Source: Vitrella brassicaformis CCMP3155 (taxonomy: Eukaryota; Protista; Chromerida). From it: DNA of 64,000 nucleotides. The notes beneath the pieces were generated by a model. That model was given only the letters and a program-made list of their open reading frames with translations. It was not told the DNA's origin and did no database searches. The number at the start of each line of letters is the position of its first letter. The stretch's first letter is position 1. The stretch covers positions 62,001 through 126,000 of the forward strand of contig CDMY01000113.1 of the NCBI GenBank assembly GCA_001179505.1, given 5' to 3'. Position numbers and translations under genes: made by a program. This document shows positions 11,742 through 24,828 of this stretch, piece by piece.

Positions 11742-14700
11742 TCAGCCGGACTGCCTGTCTGTCTGCTCCAGCAGCTGCGAGTAGTCCCTGCGGACCTGCC
11801 TCACGTGAGAACTCGCACTGATCCGGGCGAAATAGACCTACACGTACATGCACATGACACACATGGATGCACAGACCATGCATGTGTCTGTGTCCGACCT
11901 TGCAATGGTATGCGTCGTGGCAGGCCGCGCCCTCCCACGCCGACCCCGCACAGTGAGTGCAGAGACGATTCAACAAACCAAGGCGATCTTCAGAGGCACG
12001 AAGCCGACTGTACAACTGATCACACCGACATACACAGATGGACACAGCTTGCAAGCCCCATACGTGCATCCAGCCATCCATCCAGCCACTGCAAGTCATG
12101 TTGCATACCTTTAGGATAGCGCCTTGTGGGTCAGCTGCACATCGGTCGCACACTGATGGGGTGGCGGGGGCCCTCACAGGGGAGCACGAGCGGCGACCAT
12201 GGCCTGTGGATGCACGAGGGGTGGGGCGGGACGGCAAGGGGGGCGGCTTGACCAAGTCACTGTCTTCCTCTGCGTCGAGGTCGATGATTATCGGCTCGGA
12301 GGGGGCCTCCTTCTTGACCACCTCTGGCTCCTCCTCCTTGACTCGCTTGACGCCGCGTGGCCGTGGGGGTGAGGGCGCCTCGCTCTTGATCTCTCGCTTG
12401 ATCTCCGTCTTGACGGCAGCAGCAGGGGCACCAGCAGCAGCGGGGGCAGGGCGGCTTGGGCGGCCGTCTCTCAGCACACGCATCAGGCCCGACACGGCAC
12501 TGTCTGACACGCCCTCTTCCCCCTCCTCTGTCTTGACTGACACACCAACGCCGCCCCACTCCGTCTTCCTCCGCTTCCTTCTCCCGTCGCCCTCGCCCGC
12601 CGCCCTCCGACCTGCTGGCCGCATCGGTGCGCCGCAGACGGCACATGCACTGGCTGGGGCGAAGAACATGTCCATGGTGTTGGATGCCGATGGCGGGGCG
12701 ATGGGCGGGGCGTTGTACGAGGGAGGAGCAACAGCAGCTGCTGCAGCGACAGGCCCAGATGGATAGGGGACGAGTGACATCCCGGAGTTGCCATTGCTGG
12801 TTGGCGAGTCGTCCTCTTTGACGGGGGTGCGGGGCGACGGTGCAGGGGGCGGTGTGGGTGTGGGGTAGGTGCGCTTGACGGGCTTGGGCATCTGGTTGAA
12901 CCACCGCTCGACATTGACTTCGGGACCGATCAGAGCGAATAGCCGATCGATGGCCGGGATCATCTGCTTGGTGATGTAGTAGGTGGCGTTGAGATGCAGC
13001 AGAGGCTGACTCGCCCACGCCGCATACTGCTCCCTGCTGGCCTGAACCCAACATACACGTACCGACCAATGAACGTCACCACGACTGTCGCCCCCGGCAC
13101 CCTCACCTCAGGCTCGAGTGGCGTCAGCGGGCAGAGAGGCTTGGACGCTCCCTCTATTCTGCTGGGTGGCACCACCTGATCGATCAGCCGGCTGCCGGGC
13201 GGGCCATACGCCACGGCAAAGGGGATCCGTTCGCTCATCTGTGGGGTGGCGGTAGGGTCACTGGCGAGGGATGCGTATGCGACGACTGCCTGTGGGGGCA
13301 GGGTGTGTGCGGGGCCGCCTTGGTTGGCGGTGTAGGTGCCCAGCCGGACCTCTCGGTGGAAGATGACGTCATACAGATTCAACTGATGTGCAGAATAGAA
13401 AGAAGATGAGTGCACTTACGTGTTATCGGGTGCTGCGATTTCCTCACGTACCTCTGGGCCGCCTCGCAGGAGCGTTTGCCACTCATTGTAGAGGTACCTC
13501 TTCACCTGCAGACAAATATGCACAAAGAGGGCCTCGCCCACACCCCAATCACACCCACCCTGCCCACATTTCTCACCTGCGAGAGGTCTATGGTCTCGAA
13601 AATGATCCTCAGGCACTGCTCAAGCGCCCTCGACGCCACGGGGCACTGGTCCCTCCGCACATTCTCGATGCCCTTGGCGTCCAGCCGCGGTGCAGAGGTG
13701 GGTGTGTCGTAGGCGTAGCCCACATACCTCTTCTTGGACACCAGGCAGCAGGGCTGGTAGACCTTCTCCATCTTGAGCTCCATGGGCCGGGGGTTCTGCT
13801 CACTCACTTCTCGGGCGATCTCGCGCCCGATGACGAAGGCATCCTCTCTTGACCGACCCTCCACCAGCACAAAGAGTGAGTCCGTGTCGCCATACACCAC
13901 TCGCGCGCCCCACCTGAGGGCAAACGCAAGAGACCGTGTCGTTTTGCGTGTGGGCCTTTGGTCCGTGTTTGTGGGTTCTCACCTTGGATTCGCCTCGACA
14001 GTGTCTCTGGCCCTTTCCAGGGTGCGTCTGGCTGTCTGCACGATCGCGTCGGCGATCTCTCCGCATGGCATCCGACCAGAGAAGGAGGCTCCGGTGTAGC
14101 CGTAGGTCACGTTGCTGAACATCTTGAGCCCGAATTGACGATGGTTCAAGATGCGCTGGACAGACACACATGGAAACAATCATGTTTCCTTGCCGTCTGA
14201 TCCGCTTGTCTACCCACCTGCAGTCTCGGCTCCTTCATGGCCTTGTCGTGCAGCTTCATAGAGCTCTTGACCATCACACGGGTCCGCAGCACAGCCTCCA
14301 GCAGGGAGGGCAACACCCCACGCCTGACCCGTCTCGACACGAACACTGCCTCATTCGGCAAGATGTTGACACACCGCTCGTCGGCACCAGGCAGCCGCCC
14401 ACCTCCTCCCGCTCCCTCCTGCAGCCACTCGAACCTCTCCATCAGCTCGGCCATCATCTCGGGCGTGACGTCGAGCTCATGCACGCCGAATTTCTTGGTG
14501 AGGTTGACGAGTGGTGATGAGGGGTCGTGTCTGTCGCCCCTGAGGCGGCCCAGGCAGGTGGAGAAGCAGATGTTATAGGCGATGATGATGGACGGGTAGA
14601 GGGACTGGAAGTCGAGGACAATCACGGGGGACCAGTAGAAGTTCGACTCGGGCTCCATGACCAGCGGCAGACACTCCAAGGCCGTCTGCTGCGTCACCTG

Positions 14701-17700
14701 ATGGACGGATCAACACACGGAAATCACACATGTGACGAGTGTCCAGCAATCCATCCATCCATCCACACATTCCTATCCTTGCCTGTATCTTGGATGCGGA
14801 CAGCAGGACGTACCCCAGCGCGTGTGCCGCCCTACACAGCATCGCTTCCACCCGAAACTGACTCCCCCGGCTCAGCACGCTCCAGAAGTCGATCCCAAAG
14901 AGACGCGCAAACTCGGTGGTACGCGCAAGGAGGTCGGTGCTGTCCATCAGCCCCACCACCAGCCGCACACACCGCATGACGTAGCGCAGCGCAAAGTGAC
15001 GGTATGGGTGCCGGTCGGGCTCGTCTTGGTCTGTGTGGTGCCACCATGAAGAGAGCGTGAATGGGGGGAAGTGGGGGACCGTCGTGCCGAGGAGCGTCTG
15101 GGCGAGGGCGTGGAGGGAGTACTGTGTAGTCTTGACCTCAGACCTTAGCGTGCGCCACAAGTTGATGACGATCCGGCCGCCGAGCGTCACGCCACCTGCA
15201 CGCATCAAGGCACCAACCACATGCAGGCAGGCAGGCAGGCAGAACGATAACTGATTCTTCCGAAAAGATCTTCTGAGAGCTCACCTGATGCAAGTGTGGG
15301 CATGAAGTTCATCCATGGCGCCTCAGACGGATCCAGCAGGTGCGAGTCCACACCGCTCGATGCCGGCACGAGAGGGCCGCTGGTCGCTCGGGGCTTCGGC
15401 TTCTGCCCTGTTGAGGCGGCAGGGACGATCGCCCCACCAGTGGATTGCCGCCGCTGCTGTTGCTGCGTGACTTTGGGGGGCGGCAGAGGTGCCTGGGATG
15501 GAGGGGGGTTGAGCAGACGTGACAGCTGAGTGGTGATGGTGTTGTAGCCCAGGTACTGCGCCCGACGGATGAAGTACCTGAAGCCCAGATCAAGGAAAGC
15601 GCATGGATGTACACATGAGTGTGCCGTGTGCCAGTCATGGTGCCCTCCCTCACCCGATGGATTTGCTCTGCACCTCAAAGCCGACCAGGATAGACGGATC
15701 GAAGTCATGGAAGAGCCGCACCACCGCGTCAATAAGCTCCCCCTCGCTTGCCACCCAGTCCATCGCCCCATATCGCCCCCATCCCTCCACTGGCAGCCCA
15801 TCCTCGGTCACGACGATGCCGCCGTGCCTGTCGCCCTCGCCCTCCTCACCCAGTCTCTCATCCCGCTTCACCCACAGCACCGCCACCATGGCGTCCTTCG
15901 CAGGGTCACTAGACGAAGAAGCGCCGCCCGTGCAGTCAGCCAACACCTCCACGGCCAATAGAGTGCCGAACGACAGCCGATCGGGCGATGGGGGGGCGAT
16001 GGCTGGTTTTGTGTAAGGCTGGTCCTCGGCTGATTGGATTGGGTCGTCCTCGAGCTCGCCGGGGACGATGTGAGGGGGAGGGGGGCCGATCTTCCTGTCA
16101 GCTGCTGCACCCTCCTTGGCTTGCTTGTTGTCCTCTGGTTTGTCGTCGACCACGAAAACAATCCGCCCATAGCTGTCCATCGTCGTAGTGGCCTTCTCAA
16201 GGCCCTGCTTCGCCATCTCCTCCTTGCCCCTTGTCTCCATGTAGTCGTCGACGGCCTCTCGCACAGTGGGCGGGGGGATCCCGTAGACAAAGCGACTCGT
16301 CCACACCCGGCTGACGGCCATGCTCTCGCTCTCGTCATTGGCGGCCAGGACAGTCATGTGTGGGTTGCTGCTGACGAGCCCGACGCCCCTCTTGGCCTGC
16401 TGGGGGCGGAATGGAGGAGGGGCTACTGGGGTTGGCAGCGGACGGATGGTCTGTGGCAGCGCTGACGGGGGGATGTCTGCCGCGTCAGAGTAGTGGGGGT
16501 GCTGGGACGGGGAGGACCCGGGCAGAGGGGCGGCAGCAGCAGCTGATGCACTGGCAGCGGCAGTATGGGACGATGCTTGCATCTTAACATCTTCTGACGC
16601 CCCGCTGTCGGCTTCCTGCTGCATCTGTTGGTGCCAGGGAGTAGAGGAGGAGGCGGGAGCTGCAGCGGCTTCTCGGCACGCCGACAGGACGTCCTCCAGG
16701 TGGCTGCGGAACTCGCCATTCATCAGCTCCTCGGCGACGTGAACACGCCTGAAGCCACACAGAAGCAGTAAACATGTGTGTGCGGGTGTAGCGTCTTCTC
16801 TCCATGTGTCTGAGTTACCTGTCGAAAGGATCGTTCTTGGCCGTGTCGAAGTCTTCATCGCGCGGCGGCTCCATGCCCCTCTCGGTGCGCCGCGAAATCT
16901 CATCCTGCACACACACGAGGGAGGGACAACACAGGTGAGCAGTCGATGGATGCATCAAGGACACCCAAGCACGACGCACCTGCCACAGAGCATCGAGCGA
17001 CTCGGCCACTGGCGGGGCACAGCTGACATCGAAGTCAAAGGGCACCTTATCGAGCTCGCCCGCCTCCATTCTCCTCCTGCCCTCCATCCACTTGGCCCAC
17101 TCAACGTTCAATATATCGCCGGCACGCACGTCAGCCTCCAGCTCGCACCGCGTCTGTCGTGCCATCGATGACACACGAATCCCCCGCACGTGCCGTGTCC
17201 AGTAGCGGATAGGCGAGTGTGCTGCTGACGAACTCTCATATTGGATTGGTGGGGAGAAGGAGGGGCGAGAGGGGAGAGGGGGGCGGAATGACACGCGTGA
17301 CGGGTCGGCGTGCAGATCGTCCATGCCGCGGAGGTTGTGTTCGGCCAGGAACTGCAACAGGTGGGGCAGGTGAACCTCATAGGGCTGGAAGGCATGGTTC
17401 ATCACTGCGCCACGATGGAATAGAGCCGCTACCTGTGACACACACACACAGACAGAGAAAGGAGCAGATTTCTGGTGGCCATTGCTCTGCCCACCGCTTT
17501 CGTTGCCTCACCCGATGGAGATGAGCGGGATTGACACACGACACCTTGACGAACCGTCTGAACTCCCCGTGATACCCATAGATCCCACGCCGCCACACCA
17601 CCGCCAGATCAAAGATGCATGCGCCCCGGCCTCCTTCCTTCGTGTAAATGCTCTCCGCCTCTCGCGCCATCCTCTGGAGGAACGCATGCCGCCGGTTGGA

Positions 17701-17940
17701 TGAGTCGGCAACTTCATCACTCATGGCGTCGGTCAGCTGGACATAGAAGAAGGGCAAGAAGGAGTGGACATGCAGGGCACACATCTGGCCGGACGGGCGA
17801 AGAGGACCATAGATGCGGACAATGGGCACGAGCTGGAGCTGTTTCTGCGTCAGAGGTGACGACGCAGGATCAAGATCACGCTGTGGAGGCGCCATAGTTG
17901 TGTCCATCGACACGATGCGAATGCTGAACCGCGAATCCAT
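11742..17940 (-). CDS. REV3: DNA polymerase zeta catalytic subunit (family B)
   Basis: N-terminal [21 protein letters not shown] and [13 protein letters not shown]; region [21 protein letters not shown]; region [27 protein letters not shown]; region [12 protein letters not shown]; KKRYVG; C-terminal CysA/CysB cysteines. Confidence 0.96.
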
Positions 17941-18121
17941 AAATGCATCACCCGCCCCGGTCTGAGCCAAGCTCGCAACTCGCAACTCAAGGAAACCGCT
18001 GCAACTCAAGCCAGCGCGCAGAAGATAAGAAGGTGAAAGAGGTGCTCTGCTTTCGTCCCTGGACGACGCGCAAGGACGGCACACAATCGGATCTTCATCA
18101 CATCATTCTTCATCTTGATAG
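17941..18121. promoter_or_regulatory. Probable bidirectional promoter between REV3 and the heme lyase gene
   Basis: Only 181 bp separate the two divergent ATGs. Confidence 0.55.
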
Positions 18122-18974
18122 ATGTCGTGTCCGGTTCAAGGCAAGGAGGCGCAGGCACCGCCAAGCGGCTGCCCTGTGCAGCACAGCACCACAACCAAGA
18201 CCAGTGGCTGCCCGGTGCAGCATGATGCCGCAAACAAGCCCAGCGGATGCCCTGTCCAGCACGATGCACCGAGCGCCAAGGGCGACGTCCCTGCTGACAA
18301 CAAGGAGCGCTTTGCTGACCATCCCCTCGCCACCTCCACTCCCCCATCATCGCCCACCACCAAAGGCCCTCAGTCGGAGGACCAGCTGAGCAATGACCGG
18401 CAGAAGGCCACCATCCCGTCTGTGTCCGGCGACTGGTACTACCCGTCCGAGCGTCAGTTCTTCAAGGCGACTCTTGCCAAGGGCCACGACGACGTGATGC
18501 CGAGCGACATGCCGATGGTGGTGGCCATCCACAACGCCGTCAACGAGCAGTGCTGGCAGCGCATCATGGAGTACGAGAAGATGCACGAGGACGAGTGCAG
18601 CACGCCCAAGCTGCTGCGGTTCATCGGGCGGCCCGACCAGATGAGCGTCAAGGCCAAGCTCATGACCGCACTCATGGGCTACCACAAGCCTTTCGACAGA
18701 CACGACTGGTTCGTGGACAGATGTGGCAAACAGGTACATGTGCATGTCTGTGAGGAAGCCGCGGACGGACACACGAGAGGGATATCTGTCTGTGCATGTC
18801 CATGTGCCCGTGGGGTGCATGTGTCAGGTTCGCTATGTGGTAGATTTCTACGAGGGGGCCCCGTCCAAGTACTCGCCGGTGTCGATATACGTGGATGCGC
18901 GGCCGGAGGTGGGGCTGGAGGGGTGCATGGACAGGACAAAGATGTTCCTCAAGAGAACCAACCTCATCTCATAG
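18122..18974 (+). CDS. HCCS: Holocytochrome c synthase (cytochrome c/c1 heme lyase)
   Basis: Four CPV heme-regulatory motifs; [50 protein letters not shown], DARP; one intron at ~18734-18827. Confidence 0.96.
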
Positions 18975-19495
18975 AGCAGAGCAAGGCAGGCAGCCGAGGC
19001 AATAAGGCAGACAGGCAGTGGGTTTTTGGTGTTGGCTGATGTCAGCCAGCTCGTGTGTGTGCGCGTGAGCTCTGCTGTGTGTATGACATGGCACTCAATC
19101 GACTAAGTTTGTGTCTGTGAACGCCATGAGGTGGAGGTGCGGCTAAGTGAATCGTAACATTTGTCAAGCCCGGTAGAGCAGGGGGCTCAGTATGGTAGGT
19201 ATTCTCAAGTTTGAGACGTCATGCGGTGGGTGATTCGAGAAGCGCACGGGGGCATAAATAAATGCCATTCGTATGTTGTGTGCGTGCCATCGCAGGCAGA
19301 CACACCCACTCGTCGCAATCACGCCACGTACGGATAAATTTCAATAAATCTATGGACCTCCGTGCCCTGTCCTGCCATCCCAATCAATCTGCACATGTGG
19401 CAACCTGCCGACTCAACTGCACGTCCCTCCAGTCACTCAAGATGGATGTAAGAAAAACACCCACAGGCAACCCATGAATGCATGTATGTATGTCG

Positions 19496-22400
19496 CTAAG
19501 CCTTGTTGTGCCTCTCCTCTTCCACCAGCCGTGCAGGCTTGTTCATGTGCCTCCCCCGCCCCCTACTGCTGCCGTCGGGCGGGCCTTCCTCCCGTGTCGT
19601 ATCGTAGGCCCTCCCTCTCCCATGCCCTCCGCCTTGGCCCCTGCCTCGGGGCCCTCCTCCATCAGTGGCCCTAAACTGCTCAAGTGCTCTTCGGCCGCTA
19701 GCATTCCCCCAACTGCCACTGCCGTCAGATCCCGAGCTTTCTCCGTCGTCCCATCCCCCACGACGCCCACCAATGCCACCGAATGGCCCCACTGGCCCCC
19801 TGGAATGGTGGGTGGGGGGGACGCGGACGCTGTCGGGAAGGGCGTAGCTGTGGCCATGGGTGCCATGAGGCGACAGAGAGGGGATTTGCGGATCCACATG
19901 GGGTGAGGGACGGCTGTGATGGCGAGGAGGGACTGCTGTGGCCCTCATGTCGGCCTTTTCCTCTTCCTCATGAACGCCGTGCTGCTGCTGGGGGTCTTGC
20001 TGTGGCTTTGGCAGGGGAACTCGGATCGTGCCTCCATCGAGGCCAGTTGGCCAACTGAGGGGGCCGGGCGAGAGGGGCTCCTGATCTCCGTGCGTGTGTG
20101 GTCGTCGGTATGCCGATGAGGCAATGGGTGAGTCGCTTGGGCTGTCTTGACGGCGAGACGCGAAGGCCGGCTCGCCGTCTGCAGGATGGATGTGCAGTCG
20201 GTCTTGGATCATGCGCAGCAGTCCCTCCAGGCGATGCCGCTCGTCCCGCCATAGGCGCTCGTCCCGCTCCGCCGCATTCCAGCTATCGATCGCCGATGTC
20301 AGGGTGTCGTCCAGATCATGCAGCTCATCTATGGTCTGTGTCTGCAGCCGCACACACCTGAGTGCAGACACACACCACAAGTACATAAGTAGTCAAAATC
20401 CTTTCATCTCGCCCGCCCGCCCGCCCGCGCGCCCATTCGTCGCACCTACCTAGCCCTGAGGTCATGGTGCTGTCGCTGCTTTGCCGCCAACTCCTCCAAC
20501 TCCTCTCTCGCCTGACGCAGCCGAGACTCCAGCTGCCGCACCGTGACCAGTCGAGCCTCACTCGCTGGGGCCGCTACAGCCGTCGACCGAACGAGGTCAT
20601 CCCTACCGCTATCCTCCCCCTCCTCCCACTCCTCCTCCCACCGGCCGGTCACCAAGACGACTCCACCACCATCACCACGACAATCCATCAGACGGCCGCC
20701 CCTGCTTTGGCCCTCATGCTCGACGCGCCCCTGTTGCTGGGCCCGTGTGTGTGCCGAGCTGCCCTGTGCATGTGGAGAGGGGATCGGCTTGTTGGGGAAG
20801 ACAACTGGCGCAGTCGATGGGGGCGCCTGCTGCTGCAGCTGCTGCTGGCTGTTTGCTGCGGGTGCGTGAGGGGGTGGGGGGCCGTGACGGTGTGGCGGCG
20901 GTCGGGCACTGGTGTTGGTGTTGCTGTGGTGGTCGCTGGAGATGATGTCACGGATGAAGCTCATATCGCGGGGGCAAAGAAGGCCTGCCACTGACGAAAG
21001 CCGACTCGGTACAGCTCGCGTCTGCTCCTCTTTCTGCTGTTGCTGTTGCTGGAAGACCTCGGGCAACGACGAGCTGGCGCTGGGGTGGCTGTGCCCGTGG
21101 CCGTAACCGTCATTGCTGGCAGGACAGGGCGACTGCGGCTGAGGGTACGTGTCATGAGGCATCTGGGCAGCAGAGGGCTGCGACGCGTCTTCATCTGCAG
21201 CCGCCTGCTCCTGCAGCTGTGACAGGGGCACGCGGACCGTCCTTCCAACGTCGAGAGTGGTTGGCCACTCCTGCGGGCCGGATGAGAGAGGCTCCTCGTC
21301 TTCTGGTGCGCTTTGTCGGCACCACCGTGAGGCACGCCCGGGATCATGCACACGCGAAGCAAGTGGTGAAGGCGAAGGAGCGGGACGCGACGGCGCGGGG
21401 CAAGGAGGGCAGGGGGCCACGCCGGGATGGGGAGGGGCTTGGGGCGGTGGGGTTAGGATGGTGGGCATGGCTGCCGAATGCGACGCAGAACGACTGCATG
21501 CATCAATCAGTCAATCAACACATAACACATTTATTGAGTTGTCCTTTCTTTTGCGTGTATGCACTGAGTGCGTCGTGTGTCTCATTTCCTCACCCATGTC
21601 GCTGCTGCCTGCTGTCGCCATCCATGGCGACATCGGAGCGACACAGAGGCACGCCCACTGCCCCGACCAGATGCTGCGCAACAGGTGTTGTGGTCGAGGA
21701 CGGTGTGGGTGTGGCCGTCTGCAGCGCCGCTCCTCTGCCATGGCCGTCATGCAGACGAGCATCAGTGGCGGCCGGCAGAACCCTCCGCAGCCAGATCTCG
21801 ACGTACAGACCATCGCTACAGACCACCCCCGGCGGCACGTCGAGGCGCCGCACCTCGCCCTCACGCATGTCGGCGAGCTCCCTCTGGGCTAGGTCATGCT
21901 CTACCTCAGACAGGAGCCTCGTCTGCTCCCGCTCCCCAGCGATCAGCTGCCTCCGAACCTTCCCATAGAAGCCATCTGCCCATGCCGTGCAGTCGAACAG
22001 GATGCGGTCGTTGTGGGTTGGCTTCGGCCCCGTCCCCACCTTCGATACCCGACTGGTGATCGTCGCCGCTCCGCTCAGCCCACCCCTGCTGTTGTCAGCT
22101 GCCGTCGGCCGCTGCCCGCTGAACGAATGGGTAGGGGAGGAGTGTACTCCGGCGGAGCGCAGATTGGGAAGGGGAAGGAGCGAAGCTCCGTGGTGGACTG
22201 ACGACGGGCTGAAAGTAGATGGGATGGCGGCGGATGACGCGTGGGTGAGAGAGACGGGAAAGGGGAGCAGAGGAGGCAGACCTGTAGACGGCTCGCCTGT
22301 CGCACCATGACGTCCAGCTGATGACGTACACACATGCACAGGGAAACCATGTGTGCACTCCTGAATGAAGGTGCTGCGTGTCATGCAGTCGTACCCGAGC

Positions 22401-24147
22401 GTGCAGTGTTCATCGTGCTGGCTTGACAATGGCCACCATCTAGCGGGACGTTGTCATACTGCACACACACAACACAGAAAGTGCCTTGGGTTGTGGGGTG
22501 GATGCGCGGGTACCCTGTGCAAGGCTCTGCGCCACATCCCAAACTCGCGATCAGACCTCCTGACCGACATGCCAAGACGCGAACGTGGCATACATGCTTA
22601 CACACAGGCGTGTGCAGGAAGGCCTTTCAGTGTTGTGTATACTAACGTTTTGCTACAAGCTTTATTGGCATCTGGCGTCATTGGGTCGGCAGCGGTGCGG
22701 TGCTCACTGCAGCCAAGGGACAACAGGCCAGAGAGAGAGAAGGTGCGGCTGTCCTTTCGGCGTGTGTGTGGGTGTGGGTGTGCGTGTGTGTGGATGTGTA
22801 TCGATGTGTGTTGCCAGGCGGACCGCTTGACTGTCCTCCGATAGTTTTGGTAGCCCGGAGTGTTCTTGCCTGACCGACCACAATACACACGTGCGTGGGT
22901 GATGTTGTGGTGTTTCCCTCCCCGCCGCCACCATCCCTACCGATGATGATCTGCTTCTGTCTGTGTGAGATGCGCTTTTGACGCGCGACTGACAGACAGA
23001 CAGACAAACAGACAGACAGGCACGTATCCATCCATCTATCCATCCATCCATCCAGCAGCCCTACCTTCCTCCGAGTCCCCATCTTCACCCTCGGAGCCGC
23101 CCGGCTCGTCATCGCTACGGGCCACTGCAAGGCACACATAAAGACATCCACACGATGGACAGACTTTGAGTGGTGAGTGACATACATTGCTGGCTGCCAG
23201 CAAGTGCAGGTGTCGCTGTGGCTGTGATTGCTGTCGTCGAATGCTGGACGCCCGCCGTGAGATCAGGCAAAGAGGGCGACGCGCAGGAGCACTCCCCTTC
23301 TGTGTCACGATGGCGGCCGTCATGCACACGAGCACTAGCGGCAGGTGGCCGAACCTCCCGCAGCCAGATCGCCATGAACTCTTTCCCCGGCATGGGGCCA
23401 CACCTCACCCCTCCCTCACGCATTTTGCTGATGTCCTCCTGGAGCCACTCAGGGTCAACATTCCACAGAGGGCTCTCCACCCCACGGCACGTCGTCGTCT
23501 CACGTCGCCGTCGGGACCCCATGTGAGAATGTCGAATTTGATGCAGTCGTCGCGGTTCGGCTTGGGCCCGTCCCCCGGATTCGTCCACGCATACTCATGA
23601 CGCTGTCCACCTGATGACACCCACAGACATACATACAGGGAAAGCATGTGTGCGCTCCTGCAGGTGCTGCATGTCATGCAGTCGTACCCGAGCGTGCAGT
23701 GTTCCTCGCCGATAGATATTGCTGGTACATCTGCCACGTCGGAGAGGCAGGGGCAGTGGCAGCAGTGGCAGCGGGGGCAGCGGGAGGGGGAGGGGGTGGG
23801 GGAGGGCGCCAGGGCAAGTCATGCGGCGTGACTGTGGGATGCATTTGCTGAATAATGGAGAGGGTCTCCTCGTGCTGGGAAGCCGCTGGCTGGCCTGATT
23901 ACACACACACGGACGACACCACGACGCACACACATACCCATGCATCCAACAGCCCTACCTTCCTCCGAGTCCCCCTCTTGACCTTTGGAGCCGCCCGGCC
24001 CGTCATCGCTACTCCCTACTGCAAGACACACATACAACACAACGACATCCACACGATGGACAGACTTTGTGTGATGAATGAAAGACATTGCTGGTTGCGA
24101 TAAGCGTCCGTCCCCGTACCGTGCTCGTTGTGTGCGGAGCCCGACAT
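19496..24147 (-). CDS. Large low-complexity protein with two degenerate FKBP-like domains, made by internal duplication; one frameshift in the upstream copy (possible pseudogene or assembly error)
   Basis: Phase-consistent exons run from MSGSAHNEHG (24147) to RHNKA* (19496), though the exons between ~22430 and ~23000 are unresolved. Domains are GPKPNRDDCIKFD..EWLQEDISKMREG..IWLREV (23349-23587) and GPKPTHNDRILFD..ELADMREGEVRRLDVPP..EIWLRRV (21777-22050). Confidence 0.55.
23056..23197. repeat. Duplicated intron+exon segment (other copy at 23950-24098); also a 32-bp identical pair at 22380-22411 and 23673-23704
   Basis: cagccctaccttcctccgagtcccc...gacatccacacgatggacagactttg is shared; gtcatgcagtcgtacccgagcgtgcagtgttc is identical in both units. 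Confidence 0.9.
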
Positions 24148-24828
24148 GATGTCGGTGGTGGCGTAAAAGGTCTCAGGCTGCCATTCTCCTCAACGTGTTA
24201 CAAGGCTGACCACACACACCAAACACACAATCCGTGCTTTCGATACATGCATGTGTTTTACTCGGGAAATCCTGCCTCCTTGCGCCTCTCGATGTGTCCT
24301 GGCTCGCCCTCATGGATGAAGCAATGATGAACCCACCCCTCTCTGCCTGCACCTACCTTCGCGGCCGGTTTTAAGGATGGGAGCACGCGGGCTCCGCCAA
24401 AGCAGCCGGGGGCTCTGGGAATCTGGGAATCCGCCGTGGTCCGCTGTGATAGCACCCATTTTCTGACGGATCGCGAGCTTTGAGAGGACCGGACGAGGAT
24501 GGGGCAGATCTCGGCGACGAGGGAACGCTTTCCGACGCTGCTCCTTGATCATGAGTGAATGCACTTTGTCCTCACACTATATACATGGATCCGGTCACCC
24601 ATCTTGTGGGCTGAGATGGTTTCTTTGCAAGGCGTCGATGCATGGAGAGAGGAAGCCGAACTCACATTGGCTGCCTCCCGGCATACATAGCCACAATGCA
24701 AAGAAACCATGACAGCCCGAGAGATGCGAAAATGGATCAACTGACCAACGACCGTTGACTCACGCCACAGACGGACAAAGAAGCCCCGTCGAAAACCGAT
24801 AAAACGTGTCATTGTGTCTTCAATCCCT

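Noticed and set aside
23483-23511. Possible 29-nt GT-AG micro-intron that would repair the FKBP-like frameshift
   Set aside because: It is far shorter than other introns here and would delete the CRGVE segment that fits the domain; a 1-nt indel is more parsimonious
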